Part shown: one piece after another, positions 27,990 to 37,908 of the stretch
How the letters are laid out: every line of letters begins with the position of its first letter
Numbering within the stretch: the stretch's first letter is position 1
Assembly: GCA_964632485.1 (NCBI GenBank)
Contig: CAZWDO010000006.1
Coordinates: 1-64,000 of the forward strand
Source: an uncultured bacterium
Lineage (GTDB): Bacteria; JAGOEH01
Direction of reading: 5' to 3'
DNA: 64,000 nucleotides
Made by a program: the position numbers and the translations under genes
Notes under the pieces: generated by a model
The model's input: the letters and a program-made list of their open reading frames with translations, nothing else
The model's database searches: none
What the model was told of the DNA's origin: nothing

Positions 27990-28736
27990 ATGGAACTACT
28001 TCGTTTACAAAATGTTTCGTTTGCATATTCATCGACTGATATTTACCCGGCGGTACTATCGGATTTTAATTTGTCGGTAAACCAGGGTGAATTTATTTCA
28101 ATTGTTGGTAAATCCGGATGTGGCAAATCAACCCTGCTTTCCCTGATTGCCGGGTTACTATTGCCGGTATCTGGAAACATTCACGCTTTTGGAAAACCTG
28201 TCCAAGCTCCCTCGCCTGAACGAATGCTGATGTTTCAGAATCCATGTTTGCTCCCGTGGTTAACAGTAGCTGACAATATTAGTTTGGGTTGTAAGCTTAG
28301 AAACGACACTGGTAATTTAAAACAACGTATTGAAGAAGTCCTGGCCCTGGTTGAGTTATCGGGTCAAGCGAATAAATATCCGGGCGATTTATCGGCGGGT
28401 ATGGCCCAACGAGTTGCTTTTGCCCGATCAATCATTGCGCGTCCCCGTATTCTTCTGTTGGACGAATCGTTTGCCAGTCTTGATTATTTTACCGCTCGCC
28501 AATTGGTTTCTGCACTGCATGATTTTTGGTTTCAATTTCAGATGACCGTTTTGTTCGTCATTCATGATTTAGAAGAAGCCATTGAACTCAGTTCGCGTAT
28601 TATCGTTGTAGGTGGTTCGCCTGCAACGATTCAGGTTGATATGCCTATTGACATTCCTTATCCTCGTTTAGAATATCCCGCTGCCGTAGGGAAAAAATAT
28701 CGTGAGTTGATCGATCTTTTTTCTGGGAACCTATAA
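27990..28736 (+). CDS. Nitrate/sulfonate/taurine-type ABC transporter ATP-binding protein
   Basis: GKSGCGKST, FQNPCLLPWLTV, LSAGMAQRV and LLLDESF. Confidence 0.95.
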   Translation: MELLRLQNVSFAYSSTDIYPAVLSDFNLSVNQGEFISIVGKSGCGKSTLLSLIAGLLLPVSGNIHAFGKPVQAPSPERMLMFQNPCLLPWLTVADNISLGCKLRNDTGNLKQRIEEVLALVELSGQANKYPGDLSAGMAQRVAFARSIIARPRILLLDESFASLDYFTARQLVSALHDFWFQFQMTVLFVIHDLEEAIELSSRIIVVGGSPATIQVDMPIDIPYPRLEYPAAVGKKYRELIDLFSGNL

Positions 28737-28753
28737 TTTAGGAACATATAAGA

Positions 28754-29932
28754 ATGAAACGACGTGATTTTTTAAAACAGTTAGCGGTTTCAGGAACCGC
28801 AGGGTCAATTATTGATCTTGAAAGAATTTTGGCTCAGAATCTCACTCGTTTTCCAATGCCATTAAAGATTGGATATTTACCCATTACTGATGCTTCACCA
28901 TTATTAATAGGATATGAAAACGGTTTTTTTAACAAGCATGGAATCGAAGTAGCTCCACCGGTTTTACTGCGCACTTGGCCGGCGTTGGTGGAAGCGCTTA
29001 TGACCGGGAAAGTGGACTTAATTCATGTTTTGTTTCCATTGGCAATTTGGTTGCGCTATCAGGTGCAATTCCCGGTAAAAATTTTTGCCTGGAATCACTT
29101 AAATGGCAGCGCGCTGACGTTGGGACCACGTTCCCGGGTGCGAAGTTTTGCTGATCTGGGTGGAAAAACCATAGCGGTTCCGCATTGGTATTCCACACAT
29201 AACCTGATTCTTCAGGCTGGGTTGCGCCATGTGAATTTGAAACCTCTCGTCCGCCCGGGAAAAAAAAGACTTTCGTCGCAGGAAGTCCTCTTGACCATTG
29301 TCGCTCCGACCGAAATGCCTGCTGCGCTTGCCGCTGGTAAAATTGACGGGTTTATTGTCGCCGAACCATTCAATGCTATGACTGAATTGAAGTTAGGTGG
29401 GCGGATTTTGCAATTTACCGGCGATATCTGGAAAAATCATCCCTGCTGTGTTTTGGTCATGAAAGAAAACCTGATTCAGGCTTATCCCGAAATTATGAAT
29501 AAAATCACTCGGGCTGTAGTCGAATCTCAGGCTTGGATAATCCAGCATTTGAATGAAACTGCACGATTACTGGCCAGAGAATATAAGGGATGGTTACCGG
29601 TAAATCAAAAAGTATTGGAGCGGGTCTTCGAAATTGATGCTGTTTCTGATCAAATTTCAACCCATCACCATAAGCAATGGCTTACCAAACGCATTGGTTT
29701 CCAACCCTATCCATTTCCATCCGCAACGCAGTTGATGGTTGATTATTTAAAAAAGACGCTGATTGAAGGTTCAAATCAATTTTTAATTCGTTATGAAGCA
29801 GAATATATTGCCCATGATTTAGTTGTCGAAAATTTTGCGCGCCAGGCCATCCTTGATCTGGGAGGGCTTGCTTTATTTCCCGATCTCAACGTTGATGATC
29901 CCTGGCAAAGAGAAGAATTCATCGATTTTTAA
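28754..29932 (+). CDS. Nitrate/sulfonate-type ABC substrate-binding protein with a Tat signal
   Basis: MKRRDFLK, IGYLPITDASPL, HLNGSAL, IVAEPF and WKNHPCC. Confidence 0.93.
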   Translation: MKRRDFLKQLAVSGTAGSIIDLERILAQNLTRFPMPLKIGYLPITDASPLLIGYENGFFNKHGIEVAPPVLLRTWPALVEALMTGKVDLIHVLFPLAIWLRYQVQFPVKIFAWNHLNGSALTLGPRSRVRSFADLGGKTIAVPHWYSTHNLILQAGLRHVNLKPLVRPGKKRLSSQEVLLTIVAPTEMPAALAAGKIDGFIVAEPFNAMTELKLGGRILQFTGDIWKNHPCCVLVMKENLIQAYPEIMNKITRAVVESQAWIIQHLNETARLLAREYKGWLPVNQKVLERVFEIDAVSDQISTHHHKQWLTKRIGFQPYPFPSATQLMVDYLKKTLIEGSNQFLIRYEAEYIAHDLVVENFARQAILDLGGLALFPDLNVDDPWQREEFIDF

Positions 29933-29943
29933 CAGGTTTTGTT

Positions 29944-30711
29944 ATGAAATATAAAAAAATTTTGCTGATCGTCTCCGGGATTTTATTTTCAATCCTCAGT
30001 TGGTATTTGATTGTCTTATTTTATGTGGCTTCACCGGAAAAAGCCGCTTTTCGGGATTTGCTGCCCCAGCCTACAATAGTGGCTTTTTGGGAACAGTTGT
30101 CCTATGAATATTTTTATTTTTCTGTTTTGGCCAGTCTGAAACGGATTGGCGTGGGATTGAGTTTAGCTTTTATCATTGGATTTCCTATGGGTTGGGCTGT
30201 TGGCGCGTCCCCTTCTATTCGTATTTTTTTCAATTATCCCTTTCATTTTGTGCGCATGATCAGCCCTTTGGCCTGGATGCCGATTGCCATGCTTTTTATG
30301 CCTACATTTGAGCAGACTATATTATTTTTAATATCCTTTGCGTGTATCTGGCCGATTTTACTTAATACCGCGCAAGGTGTTATGCATATCAATCCGGAAT
30401 GGGTCAATATGGCTCGAATTCAGGGAGCTACTTCTTGGCAACTCATTGTGCATATTATTTTCCCCGGGATTGTTCCCTATATTTTGACGGGTATCCGCCT
30501 TGCGTTGGGAGTTGCGTGGATCGTATTAGTGCCGGCAGAATTTTTGGGCGTGAATTCAGGGTTGGGGTATATGATTAACAATGCCCGGGATGCCATGGAG
30601 TATGACCGGTTAATGGCCGGAGTTTTATCAATTGGCGCAATTGGAATGTCGATGGACTGTTTAATCCAGTGGATTCAATCCAAATATGACTGGCGTTTGA
30701 AAAATGAATAA
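29944..30711 (+). CDS. ABC transporter permease (SsuC/NrtB type)
   Basis: SLKRI, RMISPLAWMP and WIVLVPAEFLG..SGLGY. Confidence 0.95.
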   Translation: MKYKKILLIVSGILFSILSWYLIVLFYVASPEKAAFRDLLPQPTIVAFWEQLSYEYFYFSVLASLKRIGVGLSLAFIIGFPMGWAVGASPSIRIFFNYPFHFVRMISPLAWMPIAMLFMPTFEQTILFLISFACIWPILLNTAQGVMHINPEWVNMARIQGATSWQLIVHIIFPGIVPYILTGIRLALGVAWIVLVPAEFLGVNSGLGYMINNARDAMEYDRLMAGVLSIGAIGMSMDCLIQWIQSKYDWRLKNE

Positions 30712-30725
30712 GAAAGGAGATGTAG

Positions 30726-32342
30726 ATGCTCAACAAAGTATGGTTTTGGATGATTGTGGGAAGTCTTTTTATTGCGTTGGGAATCGATTTTTGGGAATGG
30801 GGTAATAACAGATATCGTAACGATTTACGTTTTCCTGTCCAATTTGAGCTTGTCGATTCCTCTCTCACGGCCAGTCAAAGAACGTTCCAGGGTCGTCTTA
30901 TGTATAATCAATCCGATTTTAACCGCTTTTATCAACCCTCCGATTATGTTGATCAGGATGGTTCGATTTCGGCAAAAATCACTTTGAATCAGGAAGGTAC
31001 TAAAGGAGTTATTTATTTCAGCGATCGGACTTCCTTGCCGGGTTTATGGCGGAGCATCTGGGATGCGTCAGGCAAAGAAGCGGTTCAGTTGGTGGCGGTT
31101 GTGGTTAATGAATCCCGGTTGTCGCCGACTCAAATGAAATTCGAAGTGCAATTCCAACCGGTATATTTTTTGAGAATGCGCTGGGTTGTGGACCGTTTGA
31201 TTGAAATGGCGGATGTGGCGGTCAAGATTGCCTTAGGTCTGATAGGTATTATGGCGATCTGGCTGGGTGTCATGAAAGTAGCCCAGGAAGCCGGTTTTAT
31301 CCAGGTGATTGCTCGTTTTGTGCGTCCCATAGTGTGTTTGCTTTTCCCTGATGTTCCTTCGGATCATCCTGCTGTCGGGCACATGGTCATGAATATTTCC
31401 GCCAATGTCCTGGGTTTGGGTAATGCGGCAACTCCGTTTGGACTGAAAGCAATGGAAGAACTGGAAAAGCTTAATCCCCATCCAGGGATAGCGACAAATG
31501 CCATGGTGACCTTTCTGGCGATTAATACCGCAGGGTTCACGCTGATTCCGACTCAGGTCATTGCGATACGCGCCGCGCTGGCTTCTAATAATCCTACAGT
31601 CATTATTATGTCATCATTTATGGCGGCGAGTGTGGCTACTCTGGTTGGAATCACAATGGCAAAGCTATTCGAACGCAGCCGGACCTTCAGGGACCCATCC
31701 AATCCCCCTCTGGTACCTCTTTCTAAGCTTTTTTTGGCTATTATTCCTTTTTTTGCGGGTCTTTATGGTTCGCTTTTTCTATTGAATTGGTGGTTGGGAA
31801 TCGAAGTGATAAAAACGGTATTCAATATCCTTTCTATTGTCGCCATCCCGCTGCTTATTGGCAGTTTTCTTATTTTTGGGTATTTTAAAAAAGTTAAGGT
31901 ATATGAAGTCGCTGTCGAGGGCGCCAAAGAGGGATTTGACATTGCTGTGAGAATTATCCCCTACTTGGTGGCGATGTTAGTGGCAATCGGTTTTTTCCGC
32001 GCCAGTGGCGGGATGGAAATTTTGACACTCATTTTGAAACCCATTACCAATTTAATCGGAATGCCCGCAGAAGTACTACCCATGGCGCTGATGCGGCCGC
32101 TTTCAGGCAGCGGTTCTCTAGGAATCATGACTGAGTTGTTAAAAACCCATGGACCCGATTCATTTATCGGTTTAATGGCCTCTACGTTTTATGGTAGCAC
32201 TGAAACAACGTTTTATGTGCTGGCGCTCTATTTCGGTGTCGCCAGCATCAAAAATATACGCCATGCTTTATGGACCGGGTTGTTTGCTGACATTGCCGGC
32301 ATCCTCACGGCTGTTGCTATTTGTCATGCGCTGTTTAAATAA
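30726..32342 (+). CDS. Fused SpmA-SpmB (nucleoside-recognition gate domain) membrane protein
   Basis: NVLGLGNAATPFGLKAM (SpmA-like) and MRPLSGSGSLG, GSTETTFYV (SpmB-like) in one ORF. Confidence 0.92.
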   Translation: MLNKVWFWMIVGSLFIALGIDFWEWGNNRYRNDLRFPVQFELVDSSLTASQRTFQGRLMYNQSDFNRFYQPSDYVDQDGSISAKITLNQEGTKGVIYFSDRTSLPGLWRSIWDASGKEAVQLVAVVVNESRLSPTQMKFEVQFQPVYFLRMRWVVDRLIEMADVAVKIALGLIGIMAIWLGVMKVAQEAGFIQVIARFVRPIVCLLFPDVPSDHPAVGHMVMNISANVLGLGNAATPFGLKAMEELEKLNPHPGIATNAMVTFLAINTAGFTLIPTQVIAIRAALASNNPTVIIMSSFMAASVATLVGITMAKLFERSRTFRDPSNPPLVPLSKLFLAIIPFFAGLYGSLFLLNWWLGIEVIKTVFNILSIVAIPLLIGSFLIFGYFKKVKVYEVAVEGAKEGFDIAVRIIPYLVAMLVAIGFFRASGGMEILTLILKPITNLIGMPAEVLPMALMRPLSGSGSLGIMTELLKTHGPDSFIGLMASTFYGSTETTFYVLALYFGVASIKNIRHALWTGLFADIAGILTAVAICHALFK

Positions 32343-32380
32343 TTGAGATTAAACTGGCCGGGATTGGATAAGAAGACTCA

Positions 32381-33061
32381 TCAGTCCCGGTTCCCGCGCA
32401 GAATTAATAATCGAATGAGTTGGAGGACAGCCATCGCCGCGGAAGAAAGATAGGTCATTGCCGCTGCGTTGAGTACTTTTTTAGCGCCGGTGATTTCTTC
32501 AGTATTCAGGAAATTTCCTTCACGTAGAATGCTGATAGCGCGTGAACTGGCATTAAATTCCACCGGCAGGGTGATTATATGGAAAAGTATAACTCCGATA
32601 AAAAAAATGATGCCGATGTCCATCAGGCCGGATACCGAAAAAAAGATGCCAATGAAGAATATGGGAAAAGCCAGCCAGCTTCCCAAATTAGCGACCGGCA
32701 AGATCAGATTGCGCAGTTGGATAGGGGCATATCCCTCATGATGTTGGATGGCGTGCCCGGCTTCGTGAGCCGCTACGCCGATCGCTGCAATGGAAGTTGA
32801 ATTATACACATCGTCTGATAATGCCAGTTTTTTATTGCGGGGATCATAATGATCCGTCAATGATCCGCTGACATGAATAATTTCCACTTCATGTATCCCG
32901 TTTTGTTGTAGAATATACCGGGCAGCCTGGGCGGCTGTCAGACGACGTGTCGATATGACTTCACTGTAACGGCTAAACGTCGATTTTACTTTCCATTGAG
33001 CCCAAAAGGCAAAGATTAATGCCGGTATCATCAGGATCATCGTGGGATCGTAAAAAAACAT
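32381..33061 (-). CDS. Membrane zinc metallopeptidase (YugP family)
   Basis: LTDHYDP, VAAHEAGHAIQH, TLPVEFNASSRA and AAAMTY. ATG at 33061 follows AAGGAGG. Confidence 0.93.
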   Translation of the reverse strand: MFFYDPTMILMIPALIFAFWAQWKVKSTFSRYSEVISTRRLTAAQAARYILQQNGIHEVEIIHVSGSLTDHYDPRNKKLALSDDVYNSTSIAAIGVAAHEAGHAIQHHEGYAPIQLRNLILPVANLGSWLAFPIFFIGIFFSVSGLMDIGIIFFIGVILFHIITLPVEFNASSRAISILREGNFLNTEEITGAKKVLNAAAMTYLSSAAMAVLQLIRLLILRGNRD

Positions 33062-33114
33062 GGCGCCCTCCTTTGAGAAAATTAGACATATTGGCTTTTT
33101 TATTTGATTAGACG

Positions 33115-33906
33115 TTAACTCTGAAGTAGCAGGCGAATGAGTCGCTCGATTGTTCCAACAATCACCCGGGTGTTGACACAAGGCCCTTGCGGACGTTGAT
33201 TCAGGATACCAAATGTAGGTATTGGATAGACTTCCTGGATACCAATCGATAAATCCCGTTCACAAGCCACGGCGATGATCACACTTGGACGGGTATCCAC
33301 GATGATCTTTCGCGCTAAGGTGCCACCTGTGGCAATAGCAATTGATACCGGATATCGGGCGGCTAATTCTTTTATGCTTCCAATGTCGCATTTTCCGCAG
33401 GCCCGGCAATTGTTGATTGTATGAGTGATCTTATAGGCGCAATCATACCATTGCAGGCAATGGGGTAAAAGAACCAAAATTCGTTTTGCTTTTATATGGC
33501 GCCATTGTAACCCCCAAAAAATGTTATTAAAGGCTATATAGGAGCGCCGGATGGAATCTTTATTCCATCCAATCGTTCTACCGATGAGCATGTTGATCGG
33601 CAGAGTCAGGGATAAAAACCATTGTTTTCGGCCATGAAAAAATAAAAAATCGCGGCGCAGAGAGAGGGACAATAAAATTAGCAGATACTTAATAAAGATT
33701 GAAGCCCAAATAATCAAGATCAGACCTCTGAATAAAATGAGTCCAATCGCGGGCAATCCACTCAACGCCGGTGAAAGCAGTTGAATAATAACCCAGCCTA
33801 TAAAAGCATATACTACCGTACTTAAAAACGTCAATGTAAGGAATTTTCGGTTTTCTCCGTGAGGGGAAAGCAGTTGAAGATCCAATGGGAAATCGATTTT
33901 TTTCAT
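33115..33906 (-). CDS. DUF116 domain membrane protein
   Basis: LLPHCLQ, NCRACGKC, ATGGTLAR, AVACERDL and RPQGPCVNT. Confidence 0.9.
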   Translation of the reverse strand: MKKIDFPLDLQLLSPHGENRKFLTLTFLSTVVYAFIGWVIIQLLSPALSGLPAIGLILFRGLILIIWASIFIKYLLILLSLSLRRDFLFFHGRKQWFLSLTLPINMLIGRTIGWNKDSIRRSYIAFNNIFWGLQWRHIKAKRILVLLPHCLQWYDCAYKITHTINNCRACGKCDIGSIKELAARYPVSIAIATGGTLARKIIVDTRPSVIIAVACERDLSIGIQEVYPIPTFGILNQRPQGPCVNTRVIVGTIERLIRLLLQS

Positions 33907-33917
33907 CTTTTTTAAGC

Positions 33918-34583
33918 TTAGGCCGGCTCAATTGCTGATATGGACGGCACGGCAAAAAACTGGGCTTCCAATTGGCGCGCAATATAATGATAGATAGGCA
34001 ACTGATATTCCTGGATATCCGCGCTTTTACCTTTGATAGGAGCGTGGATGCAGATATCTACGGCTTTTTCCAAGGGTCGCCCGTCTTCATTTGTGATGCC
34101 AATAGTGGTTATTTCCATTATCCGCGCCAATTCAACCAGCACAAGAATGTTTTTCGATTGGCCGCTGGTGGAAAAGACGATGAGTCCGTCATTTTTTTTA
34201 CCCAACTGGAATAATTCCTGGGCGAAATAGAGTTCTGGCTTGTTCACGTCGTTTAAGAAAGCTGTTTGAAGCGCTGGATTGGCGCCCAGCACCCAAACCG
34301 GGAGAGCGGGTTCCAAGTGGGTGAGTATATCCCGAACGGGCGATTGTTCAATTTTTGCCAGCCAGCTTGGGCTATGGCTATGTTTTGTTTCAAATTGTTT
34401 CATTAATTCTCCGGAGAAATGCAAACAATCAGCAAAGCTTCCCCCGTTCCCCGCCATGAAGAGGCAGTTTCCTGCTGAAAAAATGGAGTTAAGCGCTGTC
34501 AGCGTTTGTTCAATTTCGGCTTGAATTTTTACCGCCCAGGGGTATTCCATGGTAAATTCATACCATAGCTCAGGTCTGGTCAT
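33918..34583 (-). CDS. SIS domain phosphoheptose isomerase (GmhA-like)
   Basis: GNGGSFAD, GELMK, FAQEL, STSGQSKN and IQEYQLPIYH. ATG at 34583. Confidence 0.85.
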   Translation of the reverse strand: MTRPELWYEFTMEYPWAVKIQAEIEQTLTALNSIFSAGNCLFMAGNGGSFADCLHFSGELMKQFETKHSHSPSWLAKIEQSPVRDILTHLEPALPVWVLGANPALQTAFLNDVNKPELYFAQELFQLGKKNDGLIVFSTSGQSKNILVLVELARIMEITTIGITNEDGRPLEKAVDICIHAPIKGKSADIQEYQLPIYHYIARQLEAQFFAVPSISAIEPA

Positions 34584-35185
34584 TTTGTTACCTTTTTTAA
34601 TATTTTGGGAGAGTATTTGTATACAACAAGAGTGATTATTAAAACCGCAATTACAATCCCGATATATAGATTGTACTGTTGGATGAGAGAGATAATTTGT
34701 TTGGAATTCAGCTTGAACATTGTCGCCGCCAATACAATCAACAGGTTCCAAAGGAGACTTGAAATCATCGCGCTGAGCGTAACATAAGGGATTGAGTAGC
34801 GGAATGTTCCGGCGGCGATTGAGATAATGCTGCGGGCGCCGGGTAGAAAACGGTTAGCAAGAACGACCCATAATCCCCAATGTTGGAACCATCGGCGGAC
34901 TTCGTCCAGCCGTTGTTGATTGCGGTGGGATTTTAACCAGCGATATTTAAAAATATTATGCCCATAGCGATAGCTAATGAGAAAATAGGTTAAAAATCCA
35001 AAGAAACTGCCGCAACTGGCCGCCAGCCAGGTAACAACAAAAGAAATCTGGCCCTGGGCGACCCAAAAGGCGCCAATGACGACAATCGTGTCACCCGGAA
35101 GAGGAGGGAACAGGTTCTCAAAATATGCAGCCAGGAATAGCATAATGAATATCCAGTTTTGATAATCAATCAGCCATTGTTCCAT
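34580..35185 (-). CDS. DedA family membrane protein
   Basis: ENLFPPLPGD and NRFLPGARS. Confidence 0.93.
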   Translation of the reverse strand: MEQWLIDYQNWIFIMLFLAAYFENLFPPLPGDTIVVIGAFWVAQGQISFVVTWLAASCGSFFGFLTYFLISYRYGHNIFKYRWLKSHRNQQRLDEVRRWFQHWGLWVVLANRFLPGARSIISIAAGTFRYSIPYVTLSAMISSLLWNLLIVLAATMFKLNSKQIISLIQQYNLYIGIVIAVLIITLVVYKYSPKILKKVTK

Positions 35186-35663
35186 GATTGCCCTTTGTTA
35201 AAAGTAGGATGCTCATGGCGGCAATTCCCTCCTTGCGACCAATCGAGCCCATATATTCAGTCGTCGTCGCCTTGATGGATATCTGATGGGGCTGAGACTG
35301 GCAAATATGAGCCAGTTTGATTTGCATTGCCGGAATATGCGGCGCCATCCTGGGCTGTTGAGCGATTATCGTAGCATCACAATTCACTAAATAATATCCT
35401 GCGCGCTGAACCATCTTAATCACCCGGCCCAATAAGTCGCTGCTGTCGATTCCCCGGTAAGCCGGATCCGTATCGGGAAAATGCTGGCCAATATCGCCCA
35501 GAGCCAACGCGCCCAGAAGGGCATCCATTATGCTATGGACCAGGACATCAGCGTCGGAATGACCCAATAATCCATGCGTATGGGGAATGGTGATCCCTCC
35601 GATGATCAGGGCCCGGTTCTCCGTGAATTGATGAAAATCGATTCCCTGTCCGATTCTATACAT
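35166..35663 (-). CDS. ispF: 2-C-methyl-D-erythritol 2,4-cyclodiphosphate synthase
   Basis: RIGQGIDFH, GHSDADV, GDIGQHFPD and KATTTE. Confidence 0.97.
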   Translation of the reverse strand: MYRIGQGIDFHQFTENRALIIGGITIPHTHGLLGHSDADVLVHSIMDALLGALALGDIGQHFPDTDPAYRGIDSSDLLGRVIKMVQRAGYYLVNCDATIIAQQPRMAPHIPAMQIKLAHICQSQPHQISIKATTTEYMGSIGRKEGIAAMSILLLTKGNHGTMAD

Positions 35664-36345
35664 AATCCAGCGCTTTCAGTTTATCAAGATCGTTGGGGGT
35701 TGTAATCTTGATATTTCGTTCATCCCCGGGGACGGTAAAAACCGGGGCGCCAAATTTTTCAACGGCTTCGGCATCATCCGTCACCTGGATTCCTCGGTCG
35801 CGAATAAAGCGATATGCCCTGCGAATCATCTCAATTTCAAATGCTTGTGGCGTTTGAACCGCTACCAGACGGGCCCGCGGATGCGTCGTCTCCACAAAAT
35901 CATGCTCCACCATTTTGATGGTATCCTTGACAGGAATAACCGGTATCACTGCCGAATGTTTTTCCAATGCGATTGTTATCCGCTCAATGATATCGACGGT
36001 TATAAACGGGCGGACTGCATCATGAATCCATATCTGCCTGTATTCCGCCGGAATCGCCTGCATGGCCGCCCATACTGAATCCTGCCGGGTTGCTCCCCCT
36101 TCCACCAAACTAATATGATCATCCCATCCCCATTCGTAAAGTGAAGCCTGGAATGACTCAATATAATCCGGTATCATGGCAATAACCGTATATAAACCCG
36201 GGAAAAGATTGTAAAATACGTTGAGAGTATAGTATATCAACGGCTTTCCCCGGTATTGAATCAATTGCTTGGGAATTGAGGATTCCATGCGGGAACCGCG
36301 TCCCCCTGCGGGAATAATGAGCGCTGCCTCGTTTTTAAAAATCAT
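35656..36345 (-). CDS. ispD: 2-C-methyl-D-erythritol 4-phosphate cytidylyltransferase
   Basis: PAGGRGSRM, PKQ, GGATRQDSV, IHDAVRP, QTPQAF, TDD and NIKITTP. ATG at 36345 is inferred from promoter position. Confidence 0.96.
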   Translation of the reverse strand: MIFKNEAALIIPAGGRGSRMESSIPKQLIQYRGKPLIYYTLNVFYNLFPGLYTVIAMIPDYIESFQASLYEWGWDDHISLVEGGATRQDSVWAAMQAIPAEYRQIWIHDAVRPFITVDIIERITIALEKHSAVIPVIPVKDTIKMVEHDFVETTHPRARLVAVQTPQAFEIEMIRRAYRFIRDRGIQVTDDAEAVEKFGAPVFTVPGDERNIKITTPNDLDKLKALDYV

Positions 36346-36351
36346 ATCCAT

Positions 36352-36423
36352 ATAATACATTTTTTTTTAAAAAAAGTCAATAAACTTTTTCCACTTGACA
36401 AAGTTTTAAGTTAGTGTTAAATT
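36352..36423. promoter_or_regulatory. Back-to-back sigma-70 promoters for ispD (-) and the REC-GGDEF gene (+)
   Basis: Minus strand TTGACT-N17-TATTAT (36380-36352); plus strand TTGACA-N17-TAAATT (36395-36423). Confidence 0.7.
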
Positions 36424-36429
36424 ATTTTT

Positions 36430-37845
36430 ATGAAACGAATATTGATAGTTGATGACTCCCGCGTGGCACGTGAATTTTTAAAATCTCATCTTGAAAATAG
36501 TCAATTTGAGGTAGATATTGCCAATGATGGTATTCATGCCCTGGAACGCTTGCTTGATTTTCATCCGGATTTAATTATTTCGGATGTTGAAATGGAGCGG
36601 CTGGGCGGTTTCCACCTGGTCCGTATTTTACGGCAATCGTTAAAAATCAATATCCCAATCATTTTAGTCAGTGGAGTTTGGAATAATAAACTGGGTTTTT
36701 ATCTAAAAAAACGATTGGGCAATATTACTCTCTTGAAGAAACCGGTTGAAGTTGAAAAATTAAATCAATTAATTGCTGAAATCATGGGTAGTAAAATTTC
36801 CACTCAGTATGAATTGCCGGATAATTTTGATTTTATTTCTATACTTTCAAATTATAGCCAGTACCTGGAAGAAATCTACAACCAACAATTGATCTTGCGG
36901 GAGATTGAACGGCTATCGCAATTCACCAATCGACTCGATGAATATGTGAACGCGCTGAATGAAATTCTGCAAACCTTTTTGATTTGCAACAGCTTAATTG
37001 TTTTTTTGCGTATTGGCAGAGAAAATATATTTTACCGTTCCCGGCGATTTCCTAAAAATAAATCCATGATCCGTATCTTAAAGTGGTTTAAAAAATCGGA
37101 TAATATGCATGAAAAGGAGTTGGTCTCTTTTCCGTTGAGTGAAGATGAAAAGATGGCTCTCAATATTCAATCATCGTTCTCCGGCACTTTTTCTTTTAAT
37201 AATAAACTGGAGGGATCGTTACGGTTTAAAATATTTCTGGAGTATGCGGAAGACCCGTTTTCAAATTTTTTTCTGGAGATTCTCCAACAGAAGCTAAATG
37301 AGTATTGTCAGATTTTATTATTGAATGAACAGAGTCGTTTGCATGGGATAACGGATTTTTTAACCAACAGCTATAATCGTAAACACATGATCGATGTTTT
37401 AATCCGCGAGGATGAACGTTTCCAAAGGAAACAAACTAATTATGCCATTAGCATGCTGGATATCGACCATTTTAAGAAAATCAATGACCAATATGGTCAC
37501 CAGACGGGTGATAGAGTATTGCAGCAAGTAGCTAATTTGATTTGGCATCATATTCGCCGCTATGATCTTTTATTTCGGGTTGGAGGTGAGGAATTCATAA
37601 TTCTTTTTCCGGATTGCGGATTGAGTGACGGGTTAGTCATTACGGAACGAATCCGCGAACTGATCGCTGAATATAATTTTAATCCATTTGTACGTTCAGT
37701 TACGGTCAGCCAAGGCGTAGTGGATCGTCTTTCAATGCCGGATGTCACGATTGACCAGTTGATCAATATTGCGGATACCTTTTTGTACAAAGCCAAAGAG
37801 GAAGGCCGGAACCAGGTGCGCTACCTTACCGGACGCGTTAAATGA
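36430..37845 (+). CDS. Response-regulator diguanylate cyclase (REC + GGDEF)
   Basis: ILIVDDS, SDVEM and KP in the receiver; DIDHFK, RRYD I-site and RVGGEEF. Confidence 0.93.
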   Translation: MKRILIVDDSRVAREFLKSHLENSQFEVDIANDGIHALERLLDFHPDLIISDVEMERLGGFHLVRILRQSLKINIPIILVSGVWNNKLGFYLKKRLGNITLLKKPVEVEKLNQLIAEIMGSKISTQYELPDNFDFISILSNYSQYLEEIYNQQLILREIERLSQFTNRLDEYVNALNEILQTFLICNSLIVFLRIGRENIFYRSRRFPKNKSMIRILKWFKKSDNMHEKELVSFPLSEDEKMALNIQSSFSGTFSFNNKLEGSLRFKIFLEYAEDPFSNFFLEILQQKLNEYCQILLLNEQSRLHGITDFLTNSYNRKHMIDVLIREDERFQRKQTNYAISMLDIDHFKKINDQYGHQTGDRVLQQVANLIWHHIRRYDLLFRVGGEEFIILFPDCGLSDGLVITERIRELIAEYNFNPFVRSVTVSQGVVDRLSMPDVTIDQLINIADTFLYKAKEEGRNQVRYLTGRVK

Positions 37846-37908
37846 ATGAGGCTTTTTTAAATTCTTATAAGCTTTTAGATGATAATTACTAACCAATAAA
37901 AAAATCTT

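Noticed and set aside
30726-32342. Evidence of sporulation (SpmAB, SpoIIE and STAS domains)
   Set aside because: These families are widespread in non-sporulating diderms, and no sporulation-specific genes are present.
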